From a virus, in IMG/VR virus record IMGVR_UViG_3300028197_001024, positions 1 to 64,000 of that record: DNA of 64,000 bases. One strand, 5' to 3'. The position numbers and the translations under genes are program-made. Of this stretch, positions 26,146 through 36,486 are shown piece by piece. Below the pieces are notes generated by a model. The model had not been told where the DNA came from. It was given only the letters and a program-made list of their open reading frames with translations, and ran no database searches. The first letter of the stretch is position 1; each line of letters begins with the position of its first letter.

Positions 26146-27342
26146 ATGGCAAAAGAATTCTCATTCGCAGATTTAAATAAAGAAATGTCAAAACACTCCA
26201 CATACGGAGAGACATTAGATAAATCAACTATTTCAGAAATAGATCATTATATACCAACAGGAAATTGGCATCTTAATGCATGTTTAACTGGCTCTCTGTT
26301 TGGAGGATATCCTAATAATAGAGCAGTTGCATTAGCCGGGCCTTCCGGTACTGGTAAAACTTATCTTATTTTAAATGCAATTAAACAAGCACAAGCACAG
26401 GGTTATAGCATTGTATTTTATGATTCTGAAAATGCTGTAGATAAAACATTAGTAGAGAAGTTTGGTATTGATCCAACAAAATTCCGTTATGAGCCATGTA
26501 ATACTGTTCAAGAATTTAGAACCTCGGTAACTGCTATTACTGATGTATTAATTGAACAAAAGGCAAAAGGTATTGCTTTACCTAAAATCATGGTGGTATT
26601 AGATTCTGCAGGTAACTTGGCAACGCAAAAAGAAATTGATGATGCTAAAACCGGAAGTAGTAAAGCTGATATGACAAGAGCTAAACTTTTAAAATCTACA
26701 TTCCGAATCATTATGACGCAATTCGGTATATGTAAAATTCCATTCTTATTTACAAATCATACTTACCAAACACAAGATTTATTTTCAAGGCAAGTAGGTG
26801 GTGGTGGAACTGGTCCTGAGTATGCTGCTTCTATTATTTTATTTTTAGGTAAAGCTAAACTAAAAGAAGGCATAGAACAAACCGGTATTATTGTTACTGC
26901 TAAACCAAATAAGAATAGATTTGCAAAACCAACAAACATTAAATTCCATATATCTTTTAATAAAGGTATGAATCCTTATATTGGATTAGAAGAATATATT
27001 AGCTGGGATACTTGTGGAGTTGAAAGAGGAAGGTTTATAAATGAAAACGCATTTAAGAAATTAACTGATATAGGCAAGGCTGAGTGTAGAGAACATACTT
27101 ATGAAAAAGACGGTAAAGATGTTACTATTTATTTTCAACCTGCTGCAACTGCACGTAAGATTTGTGTTAAACATTTAAATGATACCGTTGACCTTAATCA
27201 ATTATTTACACCACAAGTAATGACCGATGATGTATTAAAAGCATTAGAACCAATCGTTGCCGCTAAATTTAAATATGGTGAAGAACTTGATGTTGAAAAT
27301 TTAACCGAAATGCTAGAAGCCGATGTTACCGAAAAATCTTAA
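26146..27342 (+). CDS. uvsX: RecA-like recombinase
   Basis: AGPSGTGKT, YDSENA, LDSAGNL, DMTRAK, TNHTY, GGG.G..YAAS, KNRF. Confidence 0.93.
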   Translation: MAKEFSFADLNKEMSKHSTYGETLDKSTISEIDHYIPTGNWHLNACLTGSLFGGYPNNRAVALAGPSGTGKTYLILNAIKQAQAQGYSIVFYDSENAVDKTLVEKFGIDPTKFRYEPCNTVQEFRTSVTAITDVLIEQKAKGIALPKIMVVLDSAGNLATQKEIDDAKTGSSKADMTRAKLLKSTFRIIMTQFGICKIPFLFTNHTYQTQDLFSRQVGGGGTGPEYAASIILFLGKAKLKEGIEQTGIIVTAKPNKNRFAKPTNIKFHISFNKGMNPYIGLEEYISWDTCGVERGRFINENAFKKLTDIGKAECREHTYEKDGKDVTIYFQPAATARKICVKHLNDTVDLNQLFTPQVMTDDVLKALEPIVAAKFKYGEELDVENLTEMLEADVTEKS

Positions 27343-27622
27343 TACTGCAAAACTTAAAGTAAAGCACGTATTAGGAAATCATACAACATTGCCTAACTAT
27401 CCAGATGCTGAGGATATTATATATGAACTAATACGAGATTATTGTGGAAAGGTTGCAAAGGAGATTAAATTTACTAATGTATCCTTAAAGAAAAAGTATA
27501 GCCTAGATGACAAAAAGGCTAATGCTATAATTATGCAACTTAGAAACGATAAGATAATTAAAGTATCATTATCTAATTCTGCTTATACAACGTATGAAGT
27601 AATAAAAAATCCATATAAATGA
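27323..27622 (+). CDS. Hypothetical basic protein, possible winged helix
   Basis: Overlaps both neighbours and has a helix-helix-beta pattern. Confidence 0.55.
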   Translation: MLPKNLNTAKLKVKHVLGNHTTLPNYPDAEDIIYELIRDYCGKVAKEIKFTNVSLKKKYSLDDKKANAIIMQLRNDKIIKVSLSNSAYTTYEVIKNPYK

Positions 27623-28344
27623 TATATTTAAACCCTACCGCTACATGGCATGAACCTTTGCCTTTTACACAAAATGATTATGAAAATTTTAAATTTAAGT
27701 TTAATGGCTTAAAGGGTGTAAGTAAAAATTATTCACAGTGTTATCAAGATTTATTTGTTTTGGCAGCTCATAATGGCAAAAGAAACGGAACATTTTTAGA
27801 AATAGGTGGTGGTGCTCCATTTTACGGAAATAACACTGCTCTTTTATCAGAATTTGGATGGTCAGGGATATCATTAGAGTGGGATGAATCTCTATGTAAC
27901 GACTGGAAGGCATTTAGACCTGACAGTAATATTCTTCATGCCAATGCGCTTGAGTTTGATTATTATACTGAATGTAAAAAAATATCTAAAGATAATCATA
28001 TTGATTATTTACAATTAGATATTGACCCTGCGGTTAATACTTATAATCTACTAGAGTTAATACCTTTTGATAAAATTACTTTTGGTGTAATAACCTATGA
28101 ACATGATTGGTACATAGAGACTAGCGAATACCGAGATTTATCCAGAAAGTTTTTAATTGATAAAGGCTATATTTTAATTGTTGCAAATATATCACCAGAT
28201 GATGATAGCCCATATGAAGATTGGTGGATACATAAAGATTGTATTAATTCTTTAAATGAAAACATAAAAATTGATACTAATAAGCATGTATTATTCGCAA
28301 AAGATTATATGATAGAAAAACCTAATTTATCTACACTTAAGTAA
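27619..28344 (+). CDS. FkbM-like methyltransferase
   Basis: YSQ..QD, GTFLEIG, NNT..L...GW.G, IDYLQLDID, ITYEH, EDWW. Confidence 0.8.
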   Translation: MIYLNPTATWHEPLPFTQNDYENFKFKFNGLKGVSKNYSQCYQDLFVLAAHNGKRNGTFLEIGGGAPFYGNNTALLSEFGWSGISLEWDESLCNDWKAFRPDSNILHANALEFDYYTECKKISKDNHIDYLQLDIDPAVNTYNLLELIPFDKITFGVITYEHDWYIETSEYRDLSRKFLIDKGYILIVANISPDDDSPYEDWWIHKDCINSLNENIKIDTNKHVLFAKDYMIEKPNLSTLK

Positions 28345-28347
28345 GAT

Positions 28348-28382
28348 TAAACTAAATATAGTTTTTGCTATATAAAAATAAA
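28348..28382 (+). promoter_or_regulatory. Putative middle promoter
   Basis: TAAAC-18 nt-TATAAAAATAAA. Confidence 0.7.
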
Positions 28383-28387
28383 CAAAG

Positions 28388-29671
28388 ATGAACTCCAGTA
28401 CAGATCACGAAAAAATATTTTTTAATTACTTTCTTAAAAAGCCTCACTATCTAAAAAGTACTGGTCCTGGTTTCTTTTCCAACAATGATTTAGATCATAT
28501 AGCAAAATTATCAAAAAAGTTTTATACTGATTTTGGTGAAAGTCCATCAAGAGAACAAATGAAGGCTCTTATTAAAGATGACCCTAATGAAATTCCCGAT
28601 AGCATAGTATCCAGTATTTATGATATTAATATTAATGAATATGATCAAGATTGGTTAAAAAGAACTGGAGAGTCCTGGGTTAAATGGAAACATTTTGATA
28701 AGCAGTTAGTAAGAACAATTGAATATGTAAAAACTCAAGATGTATCTCCAGAGAATGTTGAAGATGTAGTAACTCGTGCAATTGGTATGATTTCAACAGA
28801 AGGATCATTAAACTTTGATACTGATATTGGATTAGACTTTTTTAAACCAGAAGATCATGTTCAGAGAACATCAAAGAAAATAGAGACAGGTTGGACTTTC
28901 GTAGATAATGTATCAGGTGGTGGGTATGATACAAAATCATTAATTGTTTATGCAGGAGAACAAAATATCGGTAAATCTATATGGTTAGCAAATGATGCTG
29001 CAAATTTTGTTAGGATGGGTCATAACGTAGTTTTTATTACTGCTGAAATGTCAGCACAAAAAGTATTAAAAAGAATAGGTTCTAATCTACTAAGTATTCC
29101 GATGCCACAGTATGATGAAAAAACTGGTAATAGAGATTATATGAAAAGGCGTTTAGAAAAAATATCTCGAGGTTTATTACCACCAGGTAAACTTTTTGTA
29201 AAAGAAATGCCAACATCACAAGGTACTGTTTTAGATATAGAAGCATACCTAAAAGATTTAGAGGAAGCACAAGATCATAAAGTAAATGTATTAGTTGTAG
29301 ATTATATTAACATTCTTGCAAATTATAGAAATCCTAATACTGAAAATACTTATATGAAGATTAAACAAATTGCAGAAGATCTTAGAGCATTAGCGGTTAA
29401 GAGAGATATGTTAGTTATATCAGCAACTCAAATTAATCGTGGCGCATGGGATGCAACAGAAGTAAGAATGGAAAATATAGCAGAATCTGCAGGTCTTGCG
29501 CATACTGCTGATGTAATGTATGCTTTGATACAGGATTCTATGATGCATGCAAATAGAGAATATTGGTTAAAGGTTTTAAAAATTAGAGATGGGCAAGGTA
29601 AAGGAACTCGTTGTAGATTCAATATAGATTATGATCACATGAGGTTAACAGAAACAGATGATATAAATTAA
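28388..29671 (+). CDS. gp41: DnaB-like replicative helicase
   Basis: AGEQNIGKS, ITAEM, VVDYINI, ATQINR, AESAGL..TAD, KIR.G. Confidence 0.93.
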   Translation: MNSSTDHEKIFFNYFLKKPHYLKSTGPGFFSNNDLDHIAKLSKKFYTDFGESPSREQMKALIKDDPNEIPDSIVSSIYDININEYDQDWLKRTGESWVKWKHFDKQLVRTIEYVKTQDVSPENVEDVVTRAIGMISTEGSLNFDTDIGLDFFKPEDHVQRTSKKIETGWTFVDNVSGGGYDTKSLIVYAGEQNIGKSIWLANDAANFVRMGHNVVFITAEMSAQKVLKRIGSNLLSIPMPQYDEKTGNRDYMKRRLEKISRGLLPPGKLFVKEMPTSQGTVLDIEAYLKDLEEAQDHKVNVLVVDYINILANYRNPNTENTYMKIKQIAEDLRALAVKRDMLVISATQINRGAWDATEVRMENIAESAGLAHTADVMYALIQDSMMHANREYWLKVLKIRDGQGKGTRCRFNIDYDHMRLTETDDIN

Positions 29672-29681
29672 ATAAAAATAT

Positions 29682-30179
29682 ATGTGGGGTAAAAAGAAAA
29701 AGCCTAAATTAGATGAGAATGGAAAACCTATTCCACCTAAATTAGCAGATAAAGATAAAATCTTTAATAATACATACGGTGATCAAGATGTAACCGAAAA
29801 CAAAGTAAACTTCACTGTTGCTGCTACTTATGGTGATAGTATGGATCCGGATGATAGGATGCATTATGAATTATTAATAAAGAAAATTGATAAGATTATA
29901 AAAGGTAGTGAATACGAGCATTTAAATGAAGCAACACCAGAAGGTGTTATTAAAAAATTAAATAAGGTACAAATTAATCGAGTATATTCTCATATTATTG
30001 AACATTTAGGTGATGGATATACAAGAGTAGATTTATTTAGTGTCATATCAGATTACTTTGATGTATTCCCTAATAAATTTTATAACTCACTTTCTAATAA
30101 ATTTAAGGATGAACTTATTAAAGAATTAGATGACAAATATAATATCCTAGAAAAAAGAAAAATCAGAAAATTATTTTAA
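29682..30179 (+). CDS. Hypothetical protein
   Basis: Intact ORF in the helicase-gp47 operon. Confidence 0.7.
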   Translation: MWGKKKKPKLDENGKPIPPKLADKDKIFNNTYGDQDVTENKVNFTVAATYGDSMDPDDRMHYELLIKKIDKIIKGSEYEHLNEATPEGVIKKLNKVQINRVYSHIIEHLGDGYTRVDLFSVISDYFDVFPNKFYNSLSNKFKDELIKELDDKYNILEKRKIRKLF

Positions 30180-30180
30180 T

Positions 30181-31266
30181 ATGGCAAAAGTTTGGATGGT
30201 AAGTGATTCGCATTTAGGCTGCAGGTCAAATTCTGTATTATGGTTAAGCATTATTGAGGATTACTTTTTTGAATTTTTTATACCTTTAGTTAAAAAGGAA
30301 TATAAAGAAGGTGATGTTCTTTATCATTTAGGAGATGTGTTTGATAATCGTCAGAGCGTTAATTTAGCTGCACAGGATTTAGCGATAAGAGTATTTGAAG
30401 AACTCGGTAAAATATTTCCAGATATACATATCATAGTTGGCAATCATGATATTATGAGAAAGAACTCCAATGATATAGCATCTGTAGATTGTTTAAAATA
30501 TTTACCTAATGTTACTGTTCATAAGCAACCTAAGATTTTAAAGTATGGGAATACTAAATGTTTACTTATGCCGTGGCGTAGAGACCACGCACATGAAAAA
30601 GAAACTTTAGATTCTATTAAAGAAAATATTGATTATATGTTTTGTCATACTGAAACAAGAGGTGTACAAACTTCTCCTAGTACAAAACATTTACATGAAG
30701 GTGGTAATGATGTAGGTATATTTAAAAGATTTAAAAGAGTTTACTCTGGACATATTCATTATAGACAAGATAAACAAAACTTTGTGCTTGTAGGTAACCC
30801 TTACCAAATGACAAGATCTGATAGAGGCAATCAAAAAGGTATCTATGTATTGGATTTAGATACTGGTAAGCATGAATTCTTTATGAATAAGAGGAGTCCA
30901 GAATTTATAAGGTATTATATTAATGATATCTTGGAGATGCGTATGGATGATATAAAGAAAGAAATAAAGGATAATTTTGTGGATGTTTTTATACCATCAA
31001 ATGTACTAGGTAAATATAACATTAATATGTTTATGGATTATTTAGATGGTGTTGCCAGAAAATTAGAACCTAGAATATATGATGAAGAAAATCCGTATGA
31101 TAGAGAAGATGGGGAACTTTCTGATTTTAACGGAGAACTTAATTTAATGAATATAGCAGCCGAGTATATTAATTCTTTAGAATATGAAGATGATTTAAAA
31201 GAAAGATTAAAAACATCAGTACAGGATTTATATAAAAGAACATTATCACCTAACTATGAAGATTAA
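30181..31266 (+). CDS. gp47: Mre11/SbcD-like recombination nuclease
   Basis: SDSHLG, LGDVFD, GNHD, SGHIH. Confidence 0.92.
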   Translation: MAKVWMVSDSHLGCRSNSVLWLSIIEDYFFEFFIPLVKKEYKEGDVLYHLGDVFDNRQSVNLAAQDLAIRVFEELGKIFPDIHIIVGNHDIMRKNSNDIASVDCLKYLPNVTVHKQPKILKYGNTKCLLMPWRRDHAHEKETLDSIKENIDYMFCHTETRGVQTSPSTKHLHEGGNDVGIFKRFKRVYSGHIHYRQDKQNFVLVGNPYQMTRSDRGNQKGIYVLDLDTGKHEFFMNKRSPEFIRYYINDILEMRMDDIKKEIKDNFVDVFIPSNVLGKYNINMFMDYLDGVARKLEPRIYDEENPYDREDGELSDFNGELNLMNIAAEYINSLEYEDDLKERLKTSVQDLYKRTLSPNYED

Positions 31267-32926
31267 AAAGGTAGAATTTAAAAACTTTGCAAGCTATGGT
31301 AACCGAACACAGGTAATAGAATTTGATAAAGATAAAAGTGATCTTTATTTAGTTCTTGGTGGAAACGGTGCTGGTAAAAGTACTCTTGCAAAAGTTATAA
31401 CTTATTTATGCTATGGTAAGGTGGAAGGATCCACTTTAAAGGACTTACCTAACAGGGTAAATGGCGCTCTTTGGGGTAAGATACATTTAGAATCTAAAAA
31501 TAATACCGTTGAGATAGAAAGAGGAATTAATCCTGGTATATTTAATGTTAAAATAAATGGATCTGAATATGATGTTGCAGGTAAAGTAAACTTGCAAGAT
31601 TTTTTAGAAACAGAAATTTATGAAATCCCTTATCATGTTTTTAAGAATGTAATTATTTTATCTGTAAATGATTTTAAGTCTTTTATTACAATGTCACCTT
31701 ATGATAAGAAAAGGATTATTGATAAAATATTTGGATTTTCTATTATTAATGAAATGGCTGAAGCTGTTAAAGAAAAGCGGAGATCTATTATTGAAGAGAT
31801 AAGAACGTATGATGATGAAATAAGAACCCTTAATGAATCTATAGAATCTGTAATTGATAAGATAAAGCATTTTGAAAAAGTTAGTAAAAACAAAGATGCT
31901 GAAAAGATTAAAATTCTTAAAGAAAAATTGTTACAGTTAAATGAAAATAGAAAAAAATTAAAAGATCTTACTTCTGCTACAAAAATCAATCTAGAAAAAT
32001 TAGATGAAAATTCAAGAAAGCAAAATAATAAAAAGTCAACATTAAATTCTAAGATTAATACAGTTAAGAAAGAACTTAAGCTATATGAAAACAATGCATG
32101 CCCTACATGTACTGCCCCTCTTAATTCTGATTTTCATTTAGATATTAAAAAGGAAAAACAAGATTCTTTAGATTTATTATTTATTGAATGGAATCAAATA
32201 AAGGACGATGCAGAAAAAGCAGAAGCTGAATTAACTGATCTTAGGCAAAAAGGTAGAAAGATACATGTTAAGGTTGGGCAGTTAGAAACTCAGATGGAAG
32301 CCATTAAAGATAAGTTAATTGAAATGGCTGATAAAGATGAATCTGAATCAGGTTCCCATCTTAAGCAATTAGTAAAAGATTTTAAAATTAGGAAAGACGA
32401 TAAATCAACCGGTAAGTTAAAGAGTGAAGGGGAGGATTATTATTTAACTATCCTAGAAAATATTATGGGTGAAAATGGAATTAAGAACTTAGCAGTAAGA
32501 TCTATTCTCCCTTCGTTTAATAATCATATTCTTTTAATGGGCCGGGAGATGGGCATACCTTTTGGTATTAGATTTAATGAAAAGTTTTATTGTTCATTAC
32601 ATCATCTAGGTACAGAGATTAGCCCTAAGACGTTAAGTACTGGTGAAAAGAAAAAGGTTGATTTTGTAATTATTATGGCATTAATGAAAATGATTAAAGT
32701 TAGATTCCCATCTCTTAATATTTTATTCTTGGATGAAATATTTTCTTCTATTGATTCAGATGGTGTTCATCACATAATTAATATACTTCATAACACTATT
32801 CAAGATATAGGACTTAATACCTTTGTTATCAATCATACAGTTTTACCAAGTGAGTATTTTGATAAAAAGATTGAAATAACTAAAGATGGTGGCTTCAGTG
32901 AATTTAACATTGAATCTATTGGATAA
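31256..32926 (+). CDS. gp46: Rad50/SbcC-like recombination ATPase
   Basis: GGNGAGKS, CPTC zinc hook, LSTGE, LDE. Confidence 0.93.
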   Translation: MKIKKVEFKNFASYGNRTQVIEFDKDKSDLYLVLGGNGAGKSTLAKVITYLCYGKVEGSTLKDLPNRVNGALWGKIHLESKNNTVEIERGINPGIFNVKINGSEYDVAGKVNLQDFLETEIYEIPYHVFKNVIILSVNDFKSFITMSPYDKKRIIDKIFGFSIINEMAEAVKEKRRSIIEEIRTYDDEIRTLNESIESVIDKIKHFEKVSKNKDAEKIKILKEKLLQLNENRKKLKDLTSATKINLEKLDENSRKQNNKKSTLNSKINTVKKELKLYENNACPTCTAPLNSDFHLDIKKEKQDSLDLLFIEWNQIKDDAEKAEAELTDLRQKGRKIHVKVGQLETQMEAIKDKLIEMADKDESESGSHLKQLVKDFKIRKDDKSTGKLKSEGEDYYLTILENIMGENGIKNLAVRSILPSFNNHILLMGREMGIPFGIRFNEKFYCSLHHLGTEISPKTLSTGEKKKVDFVIIMALMKMIKVRFPSLNILFLDEIFSSIDSDGVHHIINILHNTIQDIGLNTFVINHTVLPSEYFDKKIEITKDGGFSEFNIESIG

Positions 32927-32951
32927 ATAGAATATAAACAAAGTCTAATAG

Positions 32952-33908
32952 ATGTCAGCATATAATCAAGAATTTAATAAAGATAACACCATACTTCGGT
33001 ATCTAACCGTAGGCATGTTAGCCGAGCTTAGTAAAAAGGTATATTATTATAATCAAATAGATGAAGATACTTTAAAGAAAATTGAAGTACCTTTCTTTTA
33101 TTCTATTTCTGGTAATGAGAGATTTCTTTTAGATAATTTTATGTTTGATGCTGAAGCAGCAGGAAAGGCAATTGGAGATTATGAAGTTGTACCTCGTGGT
33201 ATTATACAGATGAATTCAATGTCCATTAATGCAGATGAACAAACTAATAAATTTACAAGAGCTGAGTTTGTAAGAGAATGGGATGGTGTTCTAAAAACAT
33301 TTTCTTTAATGACCAACTTTTTACCTATAACTATAGGATTTGGTGTAACTATAATATGTTCTAATAATTTAGAAATGTTAAAAGTTACTGATTCTATTAT
33401 GAGTAAATTATATAAAGGTACGTTATTTAATGTAGATTTAGGCATGTTCAGGGTTAATGCTTCAATGTCAGTACCAGAAGATTATTCACAAGATAGATTA
33501 TTTGAATGGGGTCTTAATGATAAAAAGGAATTTCAAGTTACTTTTGATATGGAATTAAAATCATTTATGCCAGTATTTGAAAGTGGTATTTTATTGCCTG
33601 AAATTGATTTTATTACTAGGGAAGCTATAAAATCAAATCCTAGCTCAAGTGGAGTAGGCCAATTAAGATGTGATAGCAACGGCAATATGGGAATTTATTT
33701 TGGAGGGGTATTTCAAACGTTCGATTTTAATAGCGATGATATAAAAGTTGCACCAATTAAAACAATGGATAGTAATAGTGGATTTAATAGTACTACGAGC
33801 AAAGAAGCTGGTGGACCGTTTGATGAAAGACAAATAGATTCTTCACCACCACAGACAGAAACATCTGCTAGTAAGACTTATCGTAATGCTAGTAATGATG
33901 AAGGATAA
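32952..33908 (+). CDS. Probable tail completion / sheath stabiliser (gp15-like)
   Basis: IEVPFFY..ERFL...VPR pattern, preceded by a late-type motif GATAAATA. Confidence 0.55.
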   Translation: MSAYNQEFNKDNTILRYLTVGMLAELSKKVYYYNQIDEDTLKKIEVPFFYSISGNERFLLDNFMFDAEAAGKAIGDYEVVPRGIIQMNSMSINADEQTNKFTRAEFVREWDGVLKTFSLMTNFLPITIGFGVTIICSNNLEMLKVTDSIMSKLYKGTLFNVDLGMFRVNASMSVPEDYSQDRLFEWGLNDKKEFQVTFDMELKSFMPVFESGILLPEIDFITREAIKSNPSSSGVGQLRCDSNGNMGIYFGGVFQTFDFNSDDIKVAPIKTMDSNSGFNSTTSKEAGGPFDERQIDSSPPQTETSASKTYRNASNDEG

Positions 33909-33925
33909 TTAACTCTAAGTTCTTA

Positions 33926-33935
33926 GAATATATAA
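33926..33935 (+). promoter_or_regulatory. Putative late promoter
   Basis: GAATATATAA. Confidence 0.65.
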
Positions 33936-33955
33936 AACAAATCAAATTCTATAAT

Positions 33956-36028
33956 ATGGAAAAAGTTATTAAAGAAGGACAAACTCAAGTTTATGCAGAT
34001 GGTGCTATTGACCGTCAATTTGGTATTAATACTGATGCTCCTTACCTTAATATGCCACCACAGCAATTAATTGATATTGTTGGGGTTTTATTTGCACAGA
34101 GTGGCAAAACTAAACTAGATGGTAAAAACGGTAAAGTAGTTGAAAGTGGACCAATGTCGGATTCACAAGTACTTGCAATTCTTGTAGGTATGGGAACTCC
34201 TCAACAATTAGCAATGAGTGCTATTAATGCCTTCAAAGGAAATCAAACAGAAATTACAGAAAATAATAATAAACAAAAAAATCATAACGAAATGAAATTT
34301 ACAATTGCTGAACTGCACGAAAATGTTATGAAGAGCATCGAAGCTTTAAAGGTAATGAATTCGGATAACTCCAGAGTTTCTTATTCTGCTAAGAATGCCC
34401 TCAACATTTTAGAAGAATCTCTTAAGGTATTCCCTATGAGATTTAAAAACGAAGAAACTGAAGTTATCAGTGAAGAGATAGAAAATAGTGTTAACCCTAT
34501 GTTAAAGTTTAACATTGCAAAATCCCTTCATTCAAAATTAGCTTCTTCTGATTGGTTAAATCCAATTAAAGAATTAAGATCTTATATTACAGGAGCTTAT
34601 GAAGATACTAAATGGTCATTCAGAGTAACTGAGGCTATCACTCGTACACAATCACAAAAAGGTAAAATGTATGAAGGATTAGTAAATGACCTAGAAGGTT
34701 TATTAAATGAGTCTTCGGATACTATTAAATCTAAATTTTCTACTATAGCTGCTAAGAATCCATGGTCAATGGATTGTAAAGCCATTCTTAATGAAATGAA
34801 AGCTGAAGATAATAAAGCTACTGCGAATGGAGGTGGAACTATTTCTACTATTCTTTCACCAGTTTTAGAATCAGAAAACGGATTAACATTCCACTTACAT
34901 GGAAAGAATTATAACTTTGACGGAAAAACAATTACTGAAGCTGAAGTTAAAGATCCAAGATTCTTTGATATATTAGAAGGCTTAGGTATGTTTAAGAATA
35001 TGAATAATACTTTAGTTACTTTTGGTGAAGGTAATGACAGAACGTTAGAATACAATTTAACTGAAGGTACTATTAAATTAGGAAGTAATGATTTAACAAA
35101 TGCTAGTATAATTGAATTAAAAGAATCTTTAATGGCTCTAAACTTTTTCGGTTATAGAAATCAATGGAAAATTGATAAAGTATGTAAATTCTTTGAATCT
35201 GTAGATCTTCTTGCTGAAATGGATAATTTTACTAACATTACATCAAACGAATACAAAAATCTTAGTTTAACTATGATTAATGTAAATGAAGGTATTTATG
35301 TAAATAAAGTTAATTCAGCAATGCACGTAAATGAAATGGTATTTGTATCATCTGCAACAGAGACAGTTAAATTGGTTAAAGAATTTATTAATTATGATGC
35401 TTCTCCAATTTTATCAGAACAACTAATTGCTGAAAATAATGAAGTTGCTAAGGTTGAAAAATCAAGATCTGATATTTCAGATAAGATTTCATTTTTAGAA
35501 GAAAAGAAAGCAAAGGTAAAAGAAGCTATTAATAAACTCGGCGAAACTGAAGAACTTACAGAAGCAATGAATCTTTTAGAAGAAGAAATTTCTAAGTTTG
35601 AAAAATCTTTACAAGAAACTTATGATAGAGTTGTTTTAGGTGGTAATAAAGGCGATAAGTCTAAAACCAAAAAAGGTGATGAGGATTATGAAGATGAAGA
35701 AAAGAAAGATGAAGCATATGATAAAGTTGTCTTAGGTGGTAATAAAGGCGATAAGTCTAAAACACACGACGGCGAAGATTATGAAGATGAAGATGAAAAG
35801 AAAGATGAAGCAGTAACAGAAAAAAAAAGTCGTAACGATTATTTAAACGACGGTTTTGTTGAAGCTGAAATTAATAAAAACGGAAATGGTCTTAAAAGAG
35901 GCCAGGAAGTTATGGTAAGTGCTGAAGATTATACTTCTTTAGGAGATGATGATTCTTTAGAATGTATTGATCCTAAAAGTGGAAAATCTACAATCTGCCC
36001 AAAAGGTCAACTGAATGTTAAGATTTAA
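33956..36028 (+). CDS. Large acidic late protein, possibly a head-core or internal protein
   Basis: Late motif upstream, many (I/L)xE sites, and a coiled coil. Confidence 0.6.
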   Translation: MEKVIKEGQTQVYADGAIDRQFGINTDAPYLNMPPQQLIDIVGVLFAQSGKTKLDGKNGKVVESGPMSDSQVLAILVGMGTPQQLAMSAINAFKGNQTEITENNNKQKNHNEMKFTIAELHENVMKSIEALKVMNSDNSRVSYSAKNALNILEESLKVFPMRFKNEETEVISEEIENSVNPMLKFNIAKSLHSKLASSDWLNPIKELRSYITGAYEDTKWSFRVTEAITRTQSQKGKMYEGLVNDLEGLLNESSDTIKSKFSTIAAKNPWSMDCKAILNEMKAEDNKATANGGGTISTILSPVLESENGLTFHLHGKNYNFDGKTITEAEVKDPRFFDILEGLGMFKNMNNTLVTFGEGNDRTLEYNLTEGTIKLGSNDLTNASIIELKESLMALNFFGYRNQWKIDKVCKFFESVDLLAEMDNFTNITSNEYKNLSLTMINVNEGIYVNKVNSAMHVNEMVFVSSATETVKLVKEFINYDASPILSEQLIAENNEVAKVEKSRSDISDKISFLEEKKAKVKEAINKLGETEELTEAMNLLEEEISKFEKSLQETYDRVVLGGNKGDKSKTKKGDEDYEDEEKKDEAYDKVVLGGNKGDKSKTHDGEDYEDEDEKKDEAVTEKKSRNDYLNDGFVEAEINKNGNGLKRGQEVMVSAEDYTSLGDDDSLECIDPKSGKSTICPKGQLNVKI
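35621..35812 (+). repeat. Two 96-bp coding tandem repeats
   Basis: YD(R/K)VVLGGNKGDKSKT...EDYEDE..KKDEA occurs twice. Confidence 0.9.
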
Positions 36029-36047
36029 TATTCTTTACTAAAATAAT

Positions 36048-36083
36048 AAAGCCGGTAGTAATAATAAACTATCGGCTTTTTTT
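36048..36083 (+). terminator. Intrinsic terminator
   Basis: AAAGCCGGTAGT-loop-ACTATCGGCTTTTTTT. Confidence 0.85.
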
Positions 36084-36098
36084 GTATATAATAATAAA
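36065..36098 (+). promoter_or_regulatory. Putative middle promoter overlapping the terminator
   Basis: TAAAC-17 nt-TATAATAATAAA. Confidence 0.7.
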
Positions 36099-36113
36099 TA
36101 AAACATTTACAAA

Positions 36114-36479
36114 ATGGCAAGAAAAAGAAATTACTTAAATAATAGGGATCTTCTTGAAGAAATAGTTAAATCTAAAGAATTAGATGAATTAACCCCAAAG
36201 GCATTGGAATTTCTAATGTTATTGGCAGACAAATGTTCTAGAAAATTATCATATGCAAATCCTGATGATAGACAAGACTGTATAGCATCTGCTTATATGG
36301 ACTTATTTAAATATTGGAGAAACTTTAACCCTGAAAAATCTACTAATGCATTTGCTTATTTTACTGAAATATGTAAAAGGGGGTTTGCAAAAGGTTGGAA
36401 TAAATTACATCCTAGGAAATATGCTGGTACTGTATCAATTAATGGTAGTGCTGACAGTGATGGGATTTATACAATATAA
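36114..36479 (+). CDS. gp55: Late-transcription sigma factor (gp55-like)
   Basis: NYLNNRDLL, NFNPEKSTNAFAYFTEI. Confidence 0.8.
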   Translation: MARKRNYLNNRDLLEEIVKSKELDELTPKALEFLMLLADKCSRKLSYANPDDRQDCIASAYMDLFKYWRNFNPEKSTNAFAYFTEICKRGFAKGWNKLHPRKYAGTVSINGSADSDGIYTI

Positions 36480-36486
36480 TTTTTAA

